Positions 1-9,216 of a stretch of DNA of 64,000 nucleotides are shown in pieces (the stretch's first letter is position 1; every line of letters starts with the position of its first letter). The translations under genes were made by a program, and so were the position numbers. Origin of the DNA: Escherichia phage SD2; sequence record PQ821640, one strand, 5' to 3'. The notes beneath the pieces are model-generated. The model saw nothing but the letters and a program-made list of their open reading frames with translations. It made no database searches and was not told the DNA's origin.

Positions 1-835
1 CTTTTAAAGATGCAAACGGAACTATTTCAAGGATCTTTTGTGCAAAACTCAATGCTTCACGATAAGAGTTGAAATATTTACGTACACGGTAACGACCTTC
101 CAATTTAGCAACACTCACGCTTACACCTGCTTCAATGAGTGAAGCATAGATTGGCATTTCACTTTCTGTCCACTCAAAGCTAACTTGTGTTCCTTTACAA
201 CTTTGTGCTCGCAAAGTCACTGTTAACATTTTTCTTTCATCTACTGCACAATTGATGCTGTGCCAGTGTGGATAAGCAAAATGATAATCTTTATCCTCTA
301 AAAGTTTAAAACCATTTTGTCCGAATTGTTCAAAGATGTTGTTGATTCTTTCTTGATTAATACCGCGTGAACTTGCTTCAAATACACAAGTAGGAATGCC
401 ATATTGTAAACTGTATGCCATTTCTTTTTCCATAGCAGCTTCACGGTTTTCAACAATATCCAACACCCATAACTTCTGTGCTTTTTCAGAACGTGTACGT
501 TGCCCCAGTTTAGAAAAACCTTCTTTATCATCGAATTTGTTAGTGATCCCTACTCGGAAGCCTAAATCTTTTCTCCACATTAGGTATACCACCATCTGAT
601 CATCTTTCAGAACATAAGGTGAAGCCCAAATACGATGGTTATGTGTCATATCTAAAGTCTTACCTTTAGCAGTAATAACATTCCTACCTTTTGTACGTGT
701 AGATAAAGTCTTATTTGTTACTTTTCTAAATGTAACTTTACCGTTAGAATAAGACTCTACCTTATCACCTATTTGCAGGTCTTTCATTGTAACCTGACCA
801 TTTTCGGTATTAAGTACCGTGTTTTCTGACACACA
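1..835 (-). mobile_element. putative intein (Hint domain, partial) inserted in helicase motif III
   Basis: Insert starts CVSENTVLNTENGQVTMKDLQIGDKV (block A-like, Cys1); TxxH block-B-like KGKTLDMTHNHRIW about 64 aa later; remainder of helicase motif III not seen before window edge. Confidence 0.5.
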
Positions 836-1597
836 TTGGAATTCATCACCAACTACCACAATTTGTTTTGCAGATTTAGCATTTCGCAGAATAGACAAGA
901 ATGCAGGGTTAACATCCTGGAATTCATCCCCAAAAATAATGTCATAACCAAGATCAGCACCAGACAATTCAAACAATTTTACATAGGTGTCGTGCGTCAT
1001 CAAAGTATCTGTGTTAGGGTCAATGCGCTCTCGCCACAATTGTTTTGCATACTTAACTACTTCTGTAATTAGTTTGTGTTCGTTAATACCTTTTCTTTTA
1101 ATATCTGCAAGATGTACACTAGGAAAATGTTTACGGCTGATAAAAGGATCATCCGAAAATTCAAACTTACCTACGGTTTGCTTGATCATTAAACCAATCA
1201 TAGCACGAGTTAAAAGTGTTTTCCCTCGTTTATCAATAAGATTATTAATCTTAAATTTCTTTGCTATCTCACTACCTGTACCTGCAACGTTAACATACTG
1301 TCCTTCTGGTCGGGACAGTTTTGCACGTAAACGATGATCCAGGAATTGATAGCAAATGGAATGCAATGTACGGCATTCTACATTTGGTGGCATCTTACGC
1401 CGTGCTTCTTCTGCCATGCTTTTATTGAAAGCTAAGTAAAGAATGCGATCTTCTGTACTGTTAGCCAGCAAATAAAGTGTTGACGTTTTTCCTGATCCAG
1501 ATTTAGCTTGGATAGTTAAAAACCGATGATCTGGAAAAGCCTCCTTAATAGCTGTTTGCTCTTCTGTTGGAGTAAAACTCAACTCTTTCTTAGCCAT
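1..1597 (-). CDS. UvrD/PcrA-like SF1 helicase, N-terminal part, interrupted by an intein; ORF runs off the window start
   Basis: Hand translation from ATG at 1597 stays open to position 1. Walker A AKSGSGKTST, motif Ia LAFNKSMAEEAR, motif II FGDEFQDVN, motif III VVVGDEFQ followed by Cys255 starting a Hint-like insert. Not in ORF track because no stop in window. Confidence 0.75.
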   Translation of the reverse strand, partial: MAKKELSFTPTEEQTAIKEAFPDHRFLTIQAKSGSGKTSTLYLLANSTEDRILYLAFNKSMAEEARRKMPPNVECRTLHSICYQFLDHRLRAKLSRPEGQYVNVAGTGSEIAKKFKINNLIDKRGKTLLTRAMIGLMIKQTVGKFEFSDDPFISRKHFPSVHLADIKRKGINEHKLITEVVKYAKQLWRERIDPNTDTLMTHDTYVKLFELSGADLGYDIIFGDEFQDVNPAFLSILRNAKSAKQIVVVGDEFQCVSENTVLNTENGQVTMKDLQIGDKVESYSNGKVTFRKVTNKTLSTRTKGRNVITAKGKTLDMTHNHRIWASPYVLKDDQMVVYLMWRKDLGFRVGITNKFDDKEGFSKLGQRTRSEKAQKLWVLDIVENREAAMEKEMAYSLQYGIPTCVFEASSRGINQERINNIFEQFGQNGFKLLEDKDYHFAYPHWHSINCAVDERKMLTVTLRAQSCKGTQVSFEWTESEMPIYASLIEAGVSVSVAKLEGRYRVRKYFNSYREALSFAQKILEIVPFASLK

Positions 1598-1598
1598 T

Positions 1599-2075
1599 TC
1601 AACCTCTCTTAATTTGTTTAACAAGCATAGGAACAAAATCTCGTTTTAAAATTTGTTCAATAATATGATCAGGTAGCTGTTGGAAATTATAATTAAACGC
1701 TACTGTCTCACCTTTAGGTGTTTCTACCCGCACATATAGCATGTTACGAAGTTTATCCACTTGTGCTGTATATTCTAAACCATGTAATTGATGCATTGCA
1801 AACATCAAATCATCAGTTTCAGTTTGGAATCTATCCCTTGTTTGCATCAAGGATAAGGTAAAAGGTAGATTTTCCCTAAGAGCCACCTTCTTAGGAATTA
1901 GTGAAGGGAAATACTCCCCAATAACTTCCTGTGTAAGCTGAATACACTCTTTTTCAAGTTGGTTTTGTTCCTTAAGTTCACAAACACTTTTTTGTAAAGT
2001 GTTAACCTCTTTTTGCAAAGCTGCTAGTTGAGCACTTAACTTTCTTTTTTGATTACGACCAAAACGTTTAGACAT
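1599..2075 (-). CDS. hypothetical protein (coiled-coil N-terminus)
   Basis: 158-aa ORF; SD AGGGGGA upstream of ATG at 2075; tightly packed with neighbours. Confidence 0.7.
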   Translation of the reverse strand: MSKRFGRNQKRKLSAQLAALQKEVNTLQKSVCELKEQNQLEKECIQLTQEVIGEYFPSLIPKKVALRENLPFTLSLMQTRDRFQTETDDLMFAMHQLHGLEYTAQVDKLRNMLYVRVETPKGETVAFNYNFQQLPDHIIEQILKRDFVPMLVKQIKRG

Positions 2076-2083
2076 ATTTCCCC

Positions 2084-2599
2084 CTAGTAAAACCCCTTAA
2101 CAATTTGTATTAACTCGGCACAACGGTTGACCAACTTTTCATCGTACAATACACGTTGTGGCATATGTTGTATAATATACTCCATTTGCTCATGCCATGT
2201 CCACTTTTCTTTTTTGTCCGGGATAACATCACTAGCACGAGAATTATCTTTTAATGTTTGTATAATCCAATTGCTTGGAAAGTGCTCTCCACCTTTTTTA
2301 AATGGTTTATAGTGGCCTAGAGTGAATTGAGAATCCCCTGTTAGAGCACCCAATTTATTTAGATGGATAATCAAACTACGAAACACGTAGTATTCATAGA
2401 TGTTATCCACCGTATAGCAAGCATAATATTTCAAGATGCCCTTATCTCGCGGATACTTACCAACATCCAGATTACACCAGTTGACATTTTCTGGATCATA
2501 GTTGTGTTCCTTAAGCCATATTTCTCTTTCATCAAAGTCTGGGTATATTACCGCCCTGCTTACAGAGTCAACAAGTGGAGATTGAGCATCAAAAAACAT
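2084..2599 (-). CDS. hypothetical protein
   Basis: 171-aa ORF; SD AAGGAA upstream of ATG at 2599. Confidence 0.7.
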   Translation of the reverse strand: MFFDAQSPLVDSVSRAVIYPDFDEREIWLKEHNYDPENVNWCNLDVGKYPRDKGILKYYACYTVDNIYEYYVFRSLIIHLNKLGALTGDSQFTLGHYKPFKKGGEHFPSNWIIQTLKDNSRASDVIPDKKEKWTWHEQMEYIIQHMPQRVLYDEKLVNRCAELIQIVKGFY

Positions 2600-2620
2600 T
2601 ATATTTTCCTTATTGGTTTA

Positions 2621-2986
2621 TTAAACGTTTTCTAAATCTTTTAAGGCATTACCCAACGTTAGAACAATAACATCGTTTGCTGCCTCTTCCCCATTGATAT
2701 TGGTGAAATTTGGTGTGACAAAAGTAACCATATAAAACTCGTCCACCTGGAAGACAGCAATAACACCGTCCATCTTAACATCTTGACGAAAGGAAAAACC
2801 AATCATCTTCTCTTGCAAAGGCATATCCCCTTCCTTCATTACTGCCAGGGAGTTTTCAGGAATGTTATATTTATCTGCTCCGATGTAGATGTACGTAATG
2901 TTATCTTTATCGTGATGATACAGGGTTGCTTTTTCCATATCTAAACCTGACAGATCAAATACGTTAATTTCTTGTGTAGTCTTCAT
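2621..2986 (-). CDS. hypothetical protein
   Basis: Track ORF 2621..3061 trimmed to ATG at 2986, which has GGGAGGA SD. Confidence 0.6.
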   Translation of the reverse strand: MKTTQEINVFDLSGLDMEKATLYHHDKDNITYIYIGADKYNIPENSLAVMKEGDMPLQEKMIGFSFRQDVKMDGVIAVFQVDEFYMVTFVTPNFTNINGEEAANDVIVLTLGNALKDLENV

Positions 2987-3350
2987 AAATATCCTCCCAA
3001 ATCCAATAATCATCTGTGTAAGTAGGATGCCTTTTATCCCACTCTGTTCTAGCCCAAGCAACCGCTGCTACCAATACATCACCATGACAAGGTTGAGGTG
3101 AGCAGAAGCAAACTAAGTCTTTCCCTTCTAATTCTAACAAATCCTCAAGAGTGATTTTACCACAACGAATTTGTTCCCACAACCACTCTTTATATCTTTG
3201 TATAGTTGATCCTCGTGGTTCATCATCCTTTAACTTAAAAGGATTTGCAAACTTTGAGGCTTTTAACCCCATATGAGGCATAGCTCTGCCAATGTACACT
3301 GCACCTTCAGGTATTACTTTACCTAAATGGTAGAAATTTAATACTTTCAT
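2964..3350 (-). CDS. DUF4326-like protein
   Basis: Track start 3374 is TTG; first ATG at 3350. Motifs VYIGR, NPF, LVCFCSPQPCHGDVL recalled as DUF4326 family. Confidence 0.55.
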   Translation of the reverse strand: MKVLNFYHLGKVIPEGAVYIGRAMPHMGLKASKFANPFKLKDDEPRGSTIQRYKEWLWEQIRCGKITLEDLLELEGKDLVCFCSPQPCHGDVLVAAVAWARTEWDKRHPTYTDDYWIWEDIYEDYTRN

Positions 3351-3351
3351 A

Positions 3352-3702
3352 TTAACCCAAACACATCTGTGCAATCAAGCCCTGTATAAATTTATTAGCT
3401 TCTTTACTGTCGTAATCAGTTTCTTCTGGATATCCATCTCCATCGTACACAACTGTACCTTCAATATACCCTGCCTCAATTAAGGCACGGATCATATCAA
3501 ATTGCCAGCATGAGTTACCAAATGGACGTTTACCATTAAAACACTCTTCTTCTCTCCATAACGTAGAGAGTAGTTGTCGGAAATATTCCCGTACAGTGAC
3601 AGTACCAAGATCTGAATCCTCAAACATAACATCCAGGGCATCAGGATTGCTTTTCTCTACATAAGGAATATATTTAACACCATTAATAGTTACATCAAGC
3701 AT
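3352..3702 (-). CDS. hypothetical protein
   Basis: 116-aa ORF; AAGGAGA SD; stop of upstream gene overlaps start (TAAATG). Confidence 0.7.
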   Translation of the reverse strand: MLDVTINGVKYIPYVEKSNPDALDVMFEDSDLGTVTVREYFRQLLSTLWREEECFNGKRPFGNSCWQFDMIRALIEAGYIEGTVVYDGDGYPEETDYDSKEANKFIQGLIAQMCLG

Positions 3703-4065
3703 TTATTTCTCCTTATCATCATATTCTAGGAACATATCTGCACGATATGCTTTACGCTCTTCAAACTTAGCAGGATCTACAACAATAAGCAATACAAGGT
3801 TAACATCTAAATACTTCTTAACAAATAGAAATAAATCTTTTCCACAGTTAAAACCTACACCAGTATAGGCATCCCCATATTGATCTACTGATTTAATCTT
3901 CTTACTAACCGTACACTCTATGCTATTCTTTTCTTCTTGGTATAAGGCTTTCCCACCCCAATATGTAAAGAATTTAGTACCGTCAGCACCAAGTTTAAAA
4001 CCTTCTGTTGCATGTCCAGCAAATGAAAGTAAACATAACCAAGTGATCATCAGGTACTTTAGCAT
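3703..4065 (-). CDS. hypothetical secreted protein (signal peptide)
   Basis: Start moved to Met19 (MLKYLMITWLCLLSFAGHA signal-like); overlaps stop of upstream gene. Confidence 0.6.
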   Translation of the reverse strand: MLKYLMITWLCLLSFAGHATEGFKLGADGTKFFTYWGGKALYQEEKNSIECTVSKKIKSVDQYGDAYTGVGFNCGKDLFLFVKKYLDVNLVLLIVVDPAKFEERKAYRADMFLEYDDKEK

Positions 4066-4066
4066 T

Positions 4067-4549
4067 TTAACCACCCAATTGCAAATGTTTAGAAAGAACA
4101 ATATCCCACTGATCACCACAACCGTTATCTATGCGGAACATAATGTACGTATCATCTTCTTCTACAACATATAACACCTCATAGGAATTACAACAGCCTT
4201 CCCAATTTTTAACAGCCTCTGGTGTATCATGTGTAAAAATTTCATTACCATCATACGACCAAAACAAAGGGGTGAGGTTTTCGAACGTCAGTAAAGTAGG
4301 GTTTACTTCATCTTTAACTGCTTCCTCATATTCTTTATGTGTTTGTACTGCTTTAGTTAGTGTACTCATGTCTATCTCCTTTTCTCCTTCTTGACTATGA
4401 AGGATAGCGAACTCTCTAAACTCCACCTCACGCCATGTTTTCAGGTAGTGCTTTATAATTTGATCAACATCTGCCTGTTCAACGTTACTTTTCAAGCAAT
4501 AGTAGTCATGGTCTTCACCCATTCTACCCCATATGCTATACATTGTCAT
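4067..4549 (-). CDS. hypothetical protein
   Basis: 160-aa ORF in operon-like array. Confidence 0.7.
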   Translation of the reverse strand: MTMYSIWGRMGEDHDYYCLKSNVEQADVDQIIKHYLKTWREVEFREFAILHSQEGEKEIDMSTLTKAVQTHKEYEEAVKDEVNPTLLTFENLTPLFWSYDGNEIFTHDTPEAVKNWEGCCNSYEVLYVVEEDDTYIMFRIDNGCGDQWDIVLSKHLQLGG

Positions 4550-4817
4550 CTGATTGATCCTTCACATTGTTCTTGGCATACACAGGAATAACATCATGGT
4601 GATCTTTATTACTTTCGTCTGTTAAAGCCCAAAACAACTTACCTGCCGGATGTTTAAAGATGTAAGCAATAGGTTCCTCTTCCTGTGCTTCTTTGCTACG
4701 GATGCCATCCCGCCAGGCAAGCCAAGTGTAGATCATCATCTCTTGACGTTCTTCTTCATTAGGCCACAGATGGGGTAGAAAGTTTTTATCAAACCATTGC
4801 TTAAATTCTTCAGTCAT
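4536..4817 (-). CDS. hypothetical protein
   Basis: 93-aa ORF; GGAG SD upstream of ATG at 4817. Confidence 0.7.
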   Translation of the reverse strand: MTEEFKQWFDKNFLPHLWPNEEERQEMMIYTWLAWRDGIRSKEAQEEEPIAYIFKHPAGKLFWALTDESNKDHHDVIPVYAKNNVKDQSDDNV

Positions 4818-4827
4818 AGTCTACTCC

Positions 4828-4992
4828 TTAGCGTACAAAGTTAACTTCTGCTTCTTTCAACTTTGACACTTCTACATAACCACCATGATCATCTTTAATC
4901 CATTCTTTTCCTTTACGGATGATAACAGGGTAGGTAGAGTGAGTAAGTTTAGGTACAGATCTTTTTGTTTTAGTGATAGAAATGTTTTGCAT
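4828..4992 (-). CDS. small hypothetical protein (54 aa)
   Basis: Hand-translated MQNISITKTKRSVPKLTHSTYPVIIRKGKEW...; GGAG SD; below track cutoff. Confidence 0.4.
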   Translation of the reverse strand: MQNISITKTKRSVPKLTHSTYPVIIRKGKEWIKDDHGGYVEVSKLKEAEVNFVR

Positions 4993-5052
4993 AGTAGTCT
5001 CCTTAGTAAATTTTACATAGAGTCTAGATTATTTAGTAGGTAGAGTCAATAA

Positions 5053-5319
5053 CTAATTACTGTTAGATCTGTACTCTGTCTTCCATTCACAATGGTAAAC
5101 TTCAACAGGTTCTAACTTCCAGTGTTCAGGAACTAGTTCAGGACAATATCTACAAAAGAGAAATAGATAGATAACTAAGACAGGTATTAAATAGTAAAAT
5201 GGTATACGATCATAACCATACTTACGAGATAACATGTAGACATATAGATAGGGTATAACAATTAATCCTATAACTATAAGTAAGAAGAGAAGTATAAACC
5301 TTAGTGTAGTAACATCCAT
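5053..5319 (-). CDS. hypothetical membrane protein
   Basis: 88 aa with long hydrophobic stretch; AGGAGA SD. Confidence 0.6.
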   Translation of the reverse strand: MDVTTLRFILLFLLIVIGLIVIPYLYVYMLSRKYGYDRIPFYYLIPVLVIYLFLFCRYCPELVPEHWKLEPVEVYHCEWKTEYRSNSN

Positions 5320-5397
5320 AGTATTCTCCTATACAGTAATATACTCTGTTCCTGCCCCTCCATGAGTGACAGGAACAATATCTATAGAGAATACTAA

Positions 5398-5458
5398 CTC
5401 GCTTCGCTCGTCACCTTTCAGGTTTAGGGTAGCATGTTTTTCTGAAAAAGTCAATACT
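5398..5458 (+). repeat. about 60-bp element, first copy (see 30747..30805)
   Basis: Same orientation on the plus strand although flanking genes are on the minus strand. Confidence 0.6.
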
Positions 5459-5483
5459 CTCCACAAAACTTTACAAAATACTT

Positions 5484-5756
5484 TTACATAGGTACAACAG
5501 AGTCTGTTTTGAAGTCGTACATATGATTTACACCTGTGATTTTTGACATAGAGATTGCACGTTTAGCACCTGCAATTACCTGGTCTGTCTTCTTAATCTC
5601 TTCACGGAACTTACGTACAGTTAGAGAGAAGAAACGATGATCCATCCATTGACGATTCACACGATCACGCTTGAAGTGACGGAAATCTTCAATCTGTTTA
5701 TTGCGCAATCGGCGCAGTACATGCAATAATTTATAGTAAGGGTGTTTATTTTTCAT
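5484..5756 (-). CDS. hypothetical basic protein
   Basis: 90-aa ORF; GGAGAA SD. Confidence 0.6.
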   Translation of the reverse strand: MKNKHPYYKLLHVLRRLRNKQIEDFRHFKRDRVNRQWMDHRFFSLTVRKFREEIKKTDQVIAGAKRAISMSKITGVNHMYDFKTDSVVPM

Positions 5757-5759
5757 AAT

Positions 5760-6188
5760 TTATTCTCCAAATCGAAAATCGTCAATATCATCAAACCATA
5801 CACAATGGCGAGTCCTTTCTTTTTCTGTTGCAGACATTGTTTCAACAGCTTTAGGACTAAGCACAACAGGAATGTAACGAACAGGTCGTTCATAATAGTA
5901 GCCATACTTTTCTGTATTAGCTGCCTCAAAGACTTTACGGCGTTCTTCAAGATCTTCTATGGTGAATCCTACCATATAACCATCATGTTTGCTACCCCAT
6001 CCTTCCTCACTTTCAACAATCGGGATATAAAAGCCGTTACGCGTCCCTGACGCTGGTTCCTCTTGAGCCTGAAGGCAAGCCTCCCATCCTGCTTTAAAGA
6101 CGTTATAGAGCGATTTACGCACGTTATGAGTGCCGCTTTCGCTTGCTGGATAGAGTTCATTAAACTTGTCTTGGATTTGTTGTGTCAT
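5760..6188 (-). CDS. hypothetical protein
   Basis: 142-aa ORF; AAGGGG SD. Confidence 0.7.
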   Translation of the reverse strand: MTQQIQDKFNELYPASESGTHNVRKSLYNVFKAGWEACLQAQEEPASGTRNGFYIPIVESEEGWGSKHDGYMVGFTIEDLEERRKVFEAANTEKYGYYYERPVRYIPVVLSPKAVETMSATEKERTRHCVWFDDIDDFRFGE

Positions 6189-6331
6189 ACTCGCCCCTTA
6201 GTGATTATTTGACCAGCTAAACAAATAGCTTGTAGTACAATAAAGAAGTAGCCTAATTTTACACTACCCAATACCCAGAATGCAATGTTTGCAAACAAAC
6301 AAAAAGTAATATTAAGTCTAAAGAATAACAT
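6185..6331 (-). CDS. small hydrophobic protein (48 aa)
   Basis: Hand translation MLFFRLNITFCLFANIAFWVLG...; start abuts upstream stop; stop overlaps next start (ATGA). Confidence 0.35.
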   Translation of the reverse strand: MLFFRLNITFCLFANIAFWVLGSVKLGYFFIVLQAICLAGQIITKGRV

Positions 6332-6532
6332 TTAATCCCCTTCATATTTAGGTAAAGGCATATATGCCACAATGGGAGGGTAATCAAAGTGAAAATGATG
6401 GTTCACCACAATAATCTTACCAGACATACTTTTATGCACTTCACAATACCCTTTTCCACCATCTTCCATTACCACCACATACTCACCTAGTGGGATATCG
6501 TATGGATCTTCTACTTTTACCCATTCTGTCAT
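6332..6532 (-). CDS. hypothetical protein
   Basis: Track ORF 6332..6598 starts at GTG with no SD; internal ATG at 6532 has GAGGAG SD and ATGA overlap with upstream small ORF. Confidence 0.55.
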   Translation of the reverse strand: MTEWVKVEDPYDIPLGEYVVVMEDGGKGYCEVHKSMSGKIIVVNHHFHFDYPPIVAYMPLPKYEGD

Positions 6533-6684
6533 TTTGTAGACTCCTCGTAGTAAGGTAAAGCCCTGATCAGTTGTTCTGAAGTGCCATTTTGCACCCACGT
6601 AACACCATTGTCAACAGAAACATACCCTTTTTTGTCAATAAATTTACGCAGACAGCCAGTGAACTTATTTTTGTAGATAACCAT
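6529..6684 (-). CDS. small hypothetical protein (51 aa)
   Basis: Hand translation MVIYKNKFTGCLRKFIDKKGYVSVDNG...; AAGGAG SD. Confidence 0.4.
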   Translation of the reverse strand: MVIYKNKFTGCLRKFIDKKGYVSVDNGVTWVQNGTSEQLIRALPYYEESTK

Positions 6685-6696
6685 CTTTACTCCTTG

Positions 6697-7050
6697 TTAC
6701 ATCCACAGGTTATGAAAATACTTAGCAAACAAAATACGACCTTCTAAACGATCTTGCCGTTGTTTTTCATTAACTTCTTCTGGTGGAGTTGAGTCCTTAA
6801 AAGAAGACTCCATTTTTTCAAGAATTTCTAACCAGTGTTCTGCTGCTCGTTCTTCCATATAAGGTAGATAGTCACCTTTAGCGTGTGGGTACATCCGACG
6901 AAGTAACCCACTAGGAATTTTAACATTGTTTGTGGCTATCACTTTTGCACGATACGCAGAAAGTGCATTGTAGATCAGTTTACTTAGTGTCACATCCAGA
7001 TCAAGAAGATCACTCTCTTCAAATTGAATTTCATCGTGTACAATTTTCAT
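6697..7050 (-). CDS. hypothetical protein
   Basis: 117-aa ORF. Confidence 0.65.
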   Translation of the reverse strand: MKIVHDEIQFEESDLLDLDVTLSKLIYNALSAYRAKVIATNNVKIPSGLLRRMYPHAKGDYLPYMEERAAEHWLEILEKMESSFKDSTPPEEVNEKQRQDRLEGRILFAKYFHNLWM

Positions 7051-7334
7051 CGTGCCTTCTCCCGATCTGCATCTAATTTCAACAAGAAATCTGTATACTC
7101 TTCCGAACCTTGGTGTAAAAACATGTGATAAGAGCTTACCAGTTTCTTCGTTGTCGTATAACGTTCCATTTCCCCAACAACACCTCCACCTAGTGTGTAG
7201 AGCACAATACCTTCAACTCCAACATAGGTTACTACTTCAACCAAGTCTGTGTTATCCCAATAGTAGTTAGGTGACACAATAAGATCGCCCACTGCCAGTT
7301 TAATGTTTGCTACTTCGTCTTGTGAATAATACAT
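7047..7334 (-). CDS. hypothetical protein
   Basis: 95-aa ORF; 4-nt overlap with neighbour. Confidence 0.65.
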   Translation of the reverse strand: MYYSQDEVANIKLAVGDLIVSPNYYWDNTDLVEVVTYVGVEGIVLYTLGGGVVGEMERYTTTKKLVSSYHMFLHQGSEEYTDFLLKLDADREKAR

Positions 7335-7346
7335 TTGGTTCTCCTC

Positions 7347-7640
7347 TCACATTAAGACACGTTTTGTGTTGATGGGAGCATCATCAAACATGTTAAGAAC
7401 ATTGTCAAGCAGTTTTACTAATTCATTTGTAATTTGTTCCCTTGAACGGGAGGAAGTGAGCACTTTGCTTTCACCAACAATATGCATAACTTTTATAGGA
7501 GCATCTAAAATGATGTTGTGCTGACGATCCTCTTCAAAAGAAGCCAACCATTTCTCATTGTTACCGTGCAAGGCTACAATCACACCAAAACCGTTAATTG
7601 TTTCAGAAATATTCTTAGTTGCTAAAGTAATGTTCATCAT
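7347..7640 (-). CDS. hypothetical protein
   Basis: 97-aa ORF; first gene of the leftward block next to the divergent region. Confidence 0.65.
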   Translation of the reverse strand: MMNITLATKNISETINGFGVIVALHGNNEKWLASFEEDRQHNIILDAPIKVMHIVGESKVLTSSRSREQITNELVKLLDNVLNMFDDAPINTKRVLM

Positions 7641-7696
7641 CTACCTCTTTTGTTACGATACACACAGAGTACCAGAAACTAATTTCAGATCAAGTA

Positions 7697-7724
7697 TTGA
7701 CATACTGTTTTATTGTGCTAATCT
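7697..7724 (+). promoter_or_regulatory. sigma70-like promoter (TTGACA-16-TAATCT)
   Basis: TTGACA at 7697-7702, -10-like 7719-7724, upstream of ORF starting 7757. Confidence 0.5.
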
Positions 7725-7756
7725 TAATGCATACACAAATGAGAGGAGATAAACGA

Positions 7757-8308
7757 ATGCAAAACACCGATCTGACTTGGGTAGAAGCCAAAGAAGCAAT
7801 GTTAAAAGGCAAACGTGTTAAACATAAATACTTTTGCGAAGGGGAATGGTTTGAAATGCGTAACCAATCCCTTGTAGACGAAAAAGGAAATAACATGGAA
7901 CAATGGTTCAAAAATGAAATTTGGCAGGGAACAGGTTGGTCTATAGTTGAAGATCAGCCTAACTCAAGCGCACTGTTTAGCCCTATTATGTATCGCGTCA
8001 TCGGTGCTTTAGTTGTTGATCACGGGATTGCAGTGGAAAAAGAATGCTGGGAAGAGGTATCTTTTTTCAACCTGGCTTCTTATGCAAAAAGCCATATGCA
8101 CTTGTTTGAAGAAGGGGGTGAATTTGTTCTTCGTATGCGCTATGGCAAAGAATTCAGATTACCACTTGATAATGATGTAGACACTGTTGTAAAATGGTTA
8201 GCAGAGCATTATGCTTACGATGCAATTTGTGGTCGCAGCTTCGGTAACGAACGCTGGGACATGATTTGTGAAAAATATGATTTTGAGCCGGAATACGGAG
8301 TTTTATAA
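7757..8308 (+). CDS. hypothetical protein with DUF2829-like N-terminus
   Basis: Track ORF began at TTG inside the promoter; ATG at 7757 has GAGAGGAG SD. N-terminus TWVEAKEAMLKGKRVKHKYFCEGEWFEM. Confidence 0.6.
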   Translation: MQNTDLTWVEAKEAMLKGKRVKHKYFCEGEWFEMRNQSLVDEKGNNMEQWFKNEIWQGTGWSIVEDQPNSSALFSPIMYRVIGALVVDHGIAVEKECWEEVSFFNLASYAKSHMHLFEEGGEFVLRMRYGKEFRLPLDNDVDTVVKWLAEHYAYDAICGRSFGNERWDMICEKYDFEPEYGVL

Positions 8309-8559
8309 TGTTAAGTATCAAACCTAAAATGATAACAGCAGATGAAGCAGACTTTATTTTCAAATGTGGACGTGTATGGAGAGAATTCACAAAAGGGAAT
8401 GAAGTGGTTGTTGTTGTCGAACACAAGATATCTATCCAGGATCTGTTTGGACAATATGTTGATGTTATTAAATTAGGTATTGACAAGGGTTTAGTTGAGG
8501 TGTTAACATTAGATCAAGTTGAAGCAGAGCACCTCGATAAAGTGGTGGTTGAATTTTAA
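8308..8559 (+). CDS. hypothetical protein
   Basis: 83-aa ORF; start overlaps upstream stop. Confidence 0.6.
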   Translation: MLSIKPKMITADEADFIFKCGRVWREFTKGNEVVVVVEHKISIQDLFGQYVDVIKLGIDKGLVEVLTLDQVEAEHLDKVVVEF

Positions 8560-8579
8560 AATACAGACGGGAGAAAGGT

Positions 8580-8753
8580 ATGAGTTTCTTTGTTACAGTA
8601 TTTATGGCTATCTGGATTGTAGTCTCACTCGTTCTTTTCCTGGTGGGTTGTCTGGAAGAGATTAAGAAAGCAGTTATTTGCGGTTTCTTTGGCTTTATTA
8701 TCTCTCCTGCCTGGATGTGGTTCTTCATTATGATTGGTTTCCTTAAAAGGTAA
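8580..8753 (+). CDS. small membrane protein (57 aa)
   Basis: Hand translation MSFFVTVFMAIWIVVSLVLFLVGCLEE...; GGGAGAAAGG SD. Confidence 0.5.
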   Translation: MSFFVTVFMAIWIVVSLVLFLVGCLEEIKKAVICGFFGFIISPAWMWFFIMIGFLKR

Positions 8754-8767
8754 GTGAGGAATAAAGA

Positions 8768-9205
8768 ATGAGTAAAACAAACGCAATCGCAGATAAAGCA
8801 ACGGATGTACTTCTGAACATGGTTAACGTCACTATTCAAACAATGAGTGATGTTGTGGAGTTTGGAAAACAACAAATTCCAGAAGTAATCCATCAATTAC
8901 TAGTGTGGAAAGCAGTATCCGCAGGTTTATGGCAACTTTTTAGTATTTGCTTTATGTTTATTACTTTTATTGCTGTGCGGAACCTCGTAAAAGCAATTAA
9001 AGATAAAGAATGCCTGTGGTCACGAGATCGCTATGGTGAAGTATCTGCTTTACCTATTGTTGGTCTTGTTGTCTGTGCTTTCTTTTTCTTTTTAGGATTT
9101 GTTATTTTCTTTTCGAATTTTGATTGGCTAAAAATCATTATTGCACCAAAAGTGTATCTGATTGAATTTGCTGCTGATTTAATTCGTTCATCTCAACAAA
9201 AATAA
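8768..9205 (+). CDS. hypothetical membrane protein
   Basis: 145 aa with several hydrophobic segments. Confidence 0.7.
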   Translation: MSKTNAIADKATDVLLNMVNVTIQTMSDVVEFGKQQIPEVIHQLLVWKAVSAGLWQLFSICFMFITFIAVRNLVKAIKDKECLWSRDRYGEVSALPIVGLVVCAFFFFLGFVIFFSNFDWLKIIIAPKVYLIEFAADLIRSSQQK

Positions 9206-9216
9206 AAGGGGTTAAA

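Noticed and set aside
298-1337. Track ORFs 298..531(-), 396..599(+), 836..1072(+) and 987..1337(+)
   Set aside because: All lie inside or antisense to the long helicase/intein reading frame, which is open from 1597 to position 1.
7697-8308. Long N-terminal extensions of track ORFs (also 15543, 15812, 16467, 18588, 20974, 28090, 28517)
   Set aside because: The track starts fall at TTG, GTG or ATG codons inside promoter or hairpin sequence; an ATG with a good SD lies just downstream of the hairpin in each case, so starts were trimmed.
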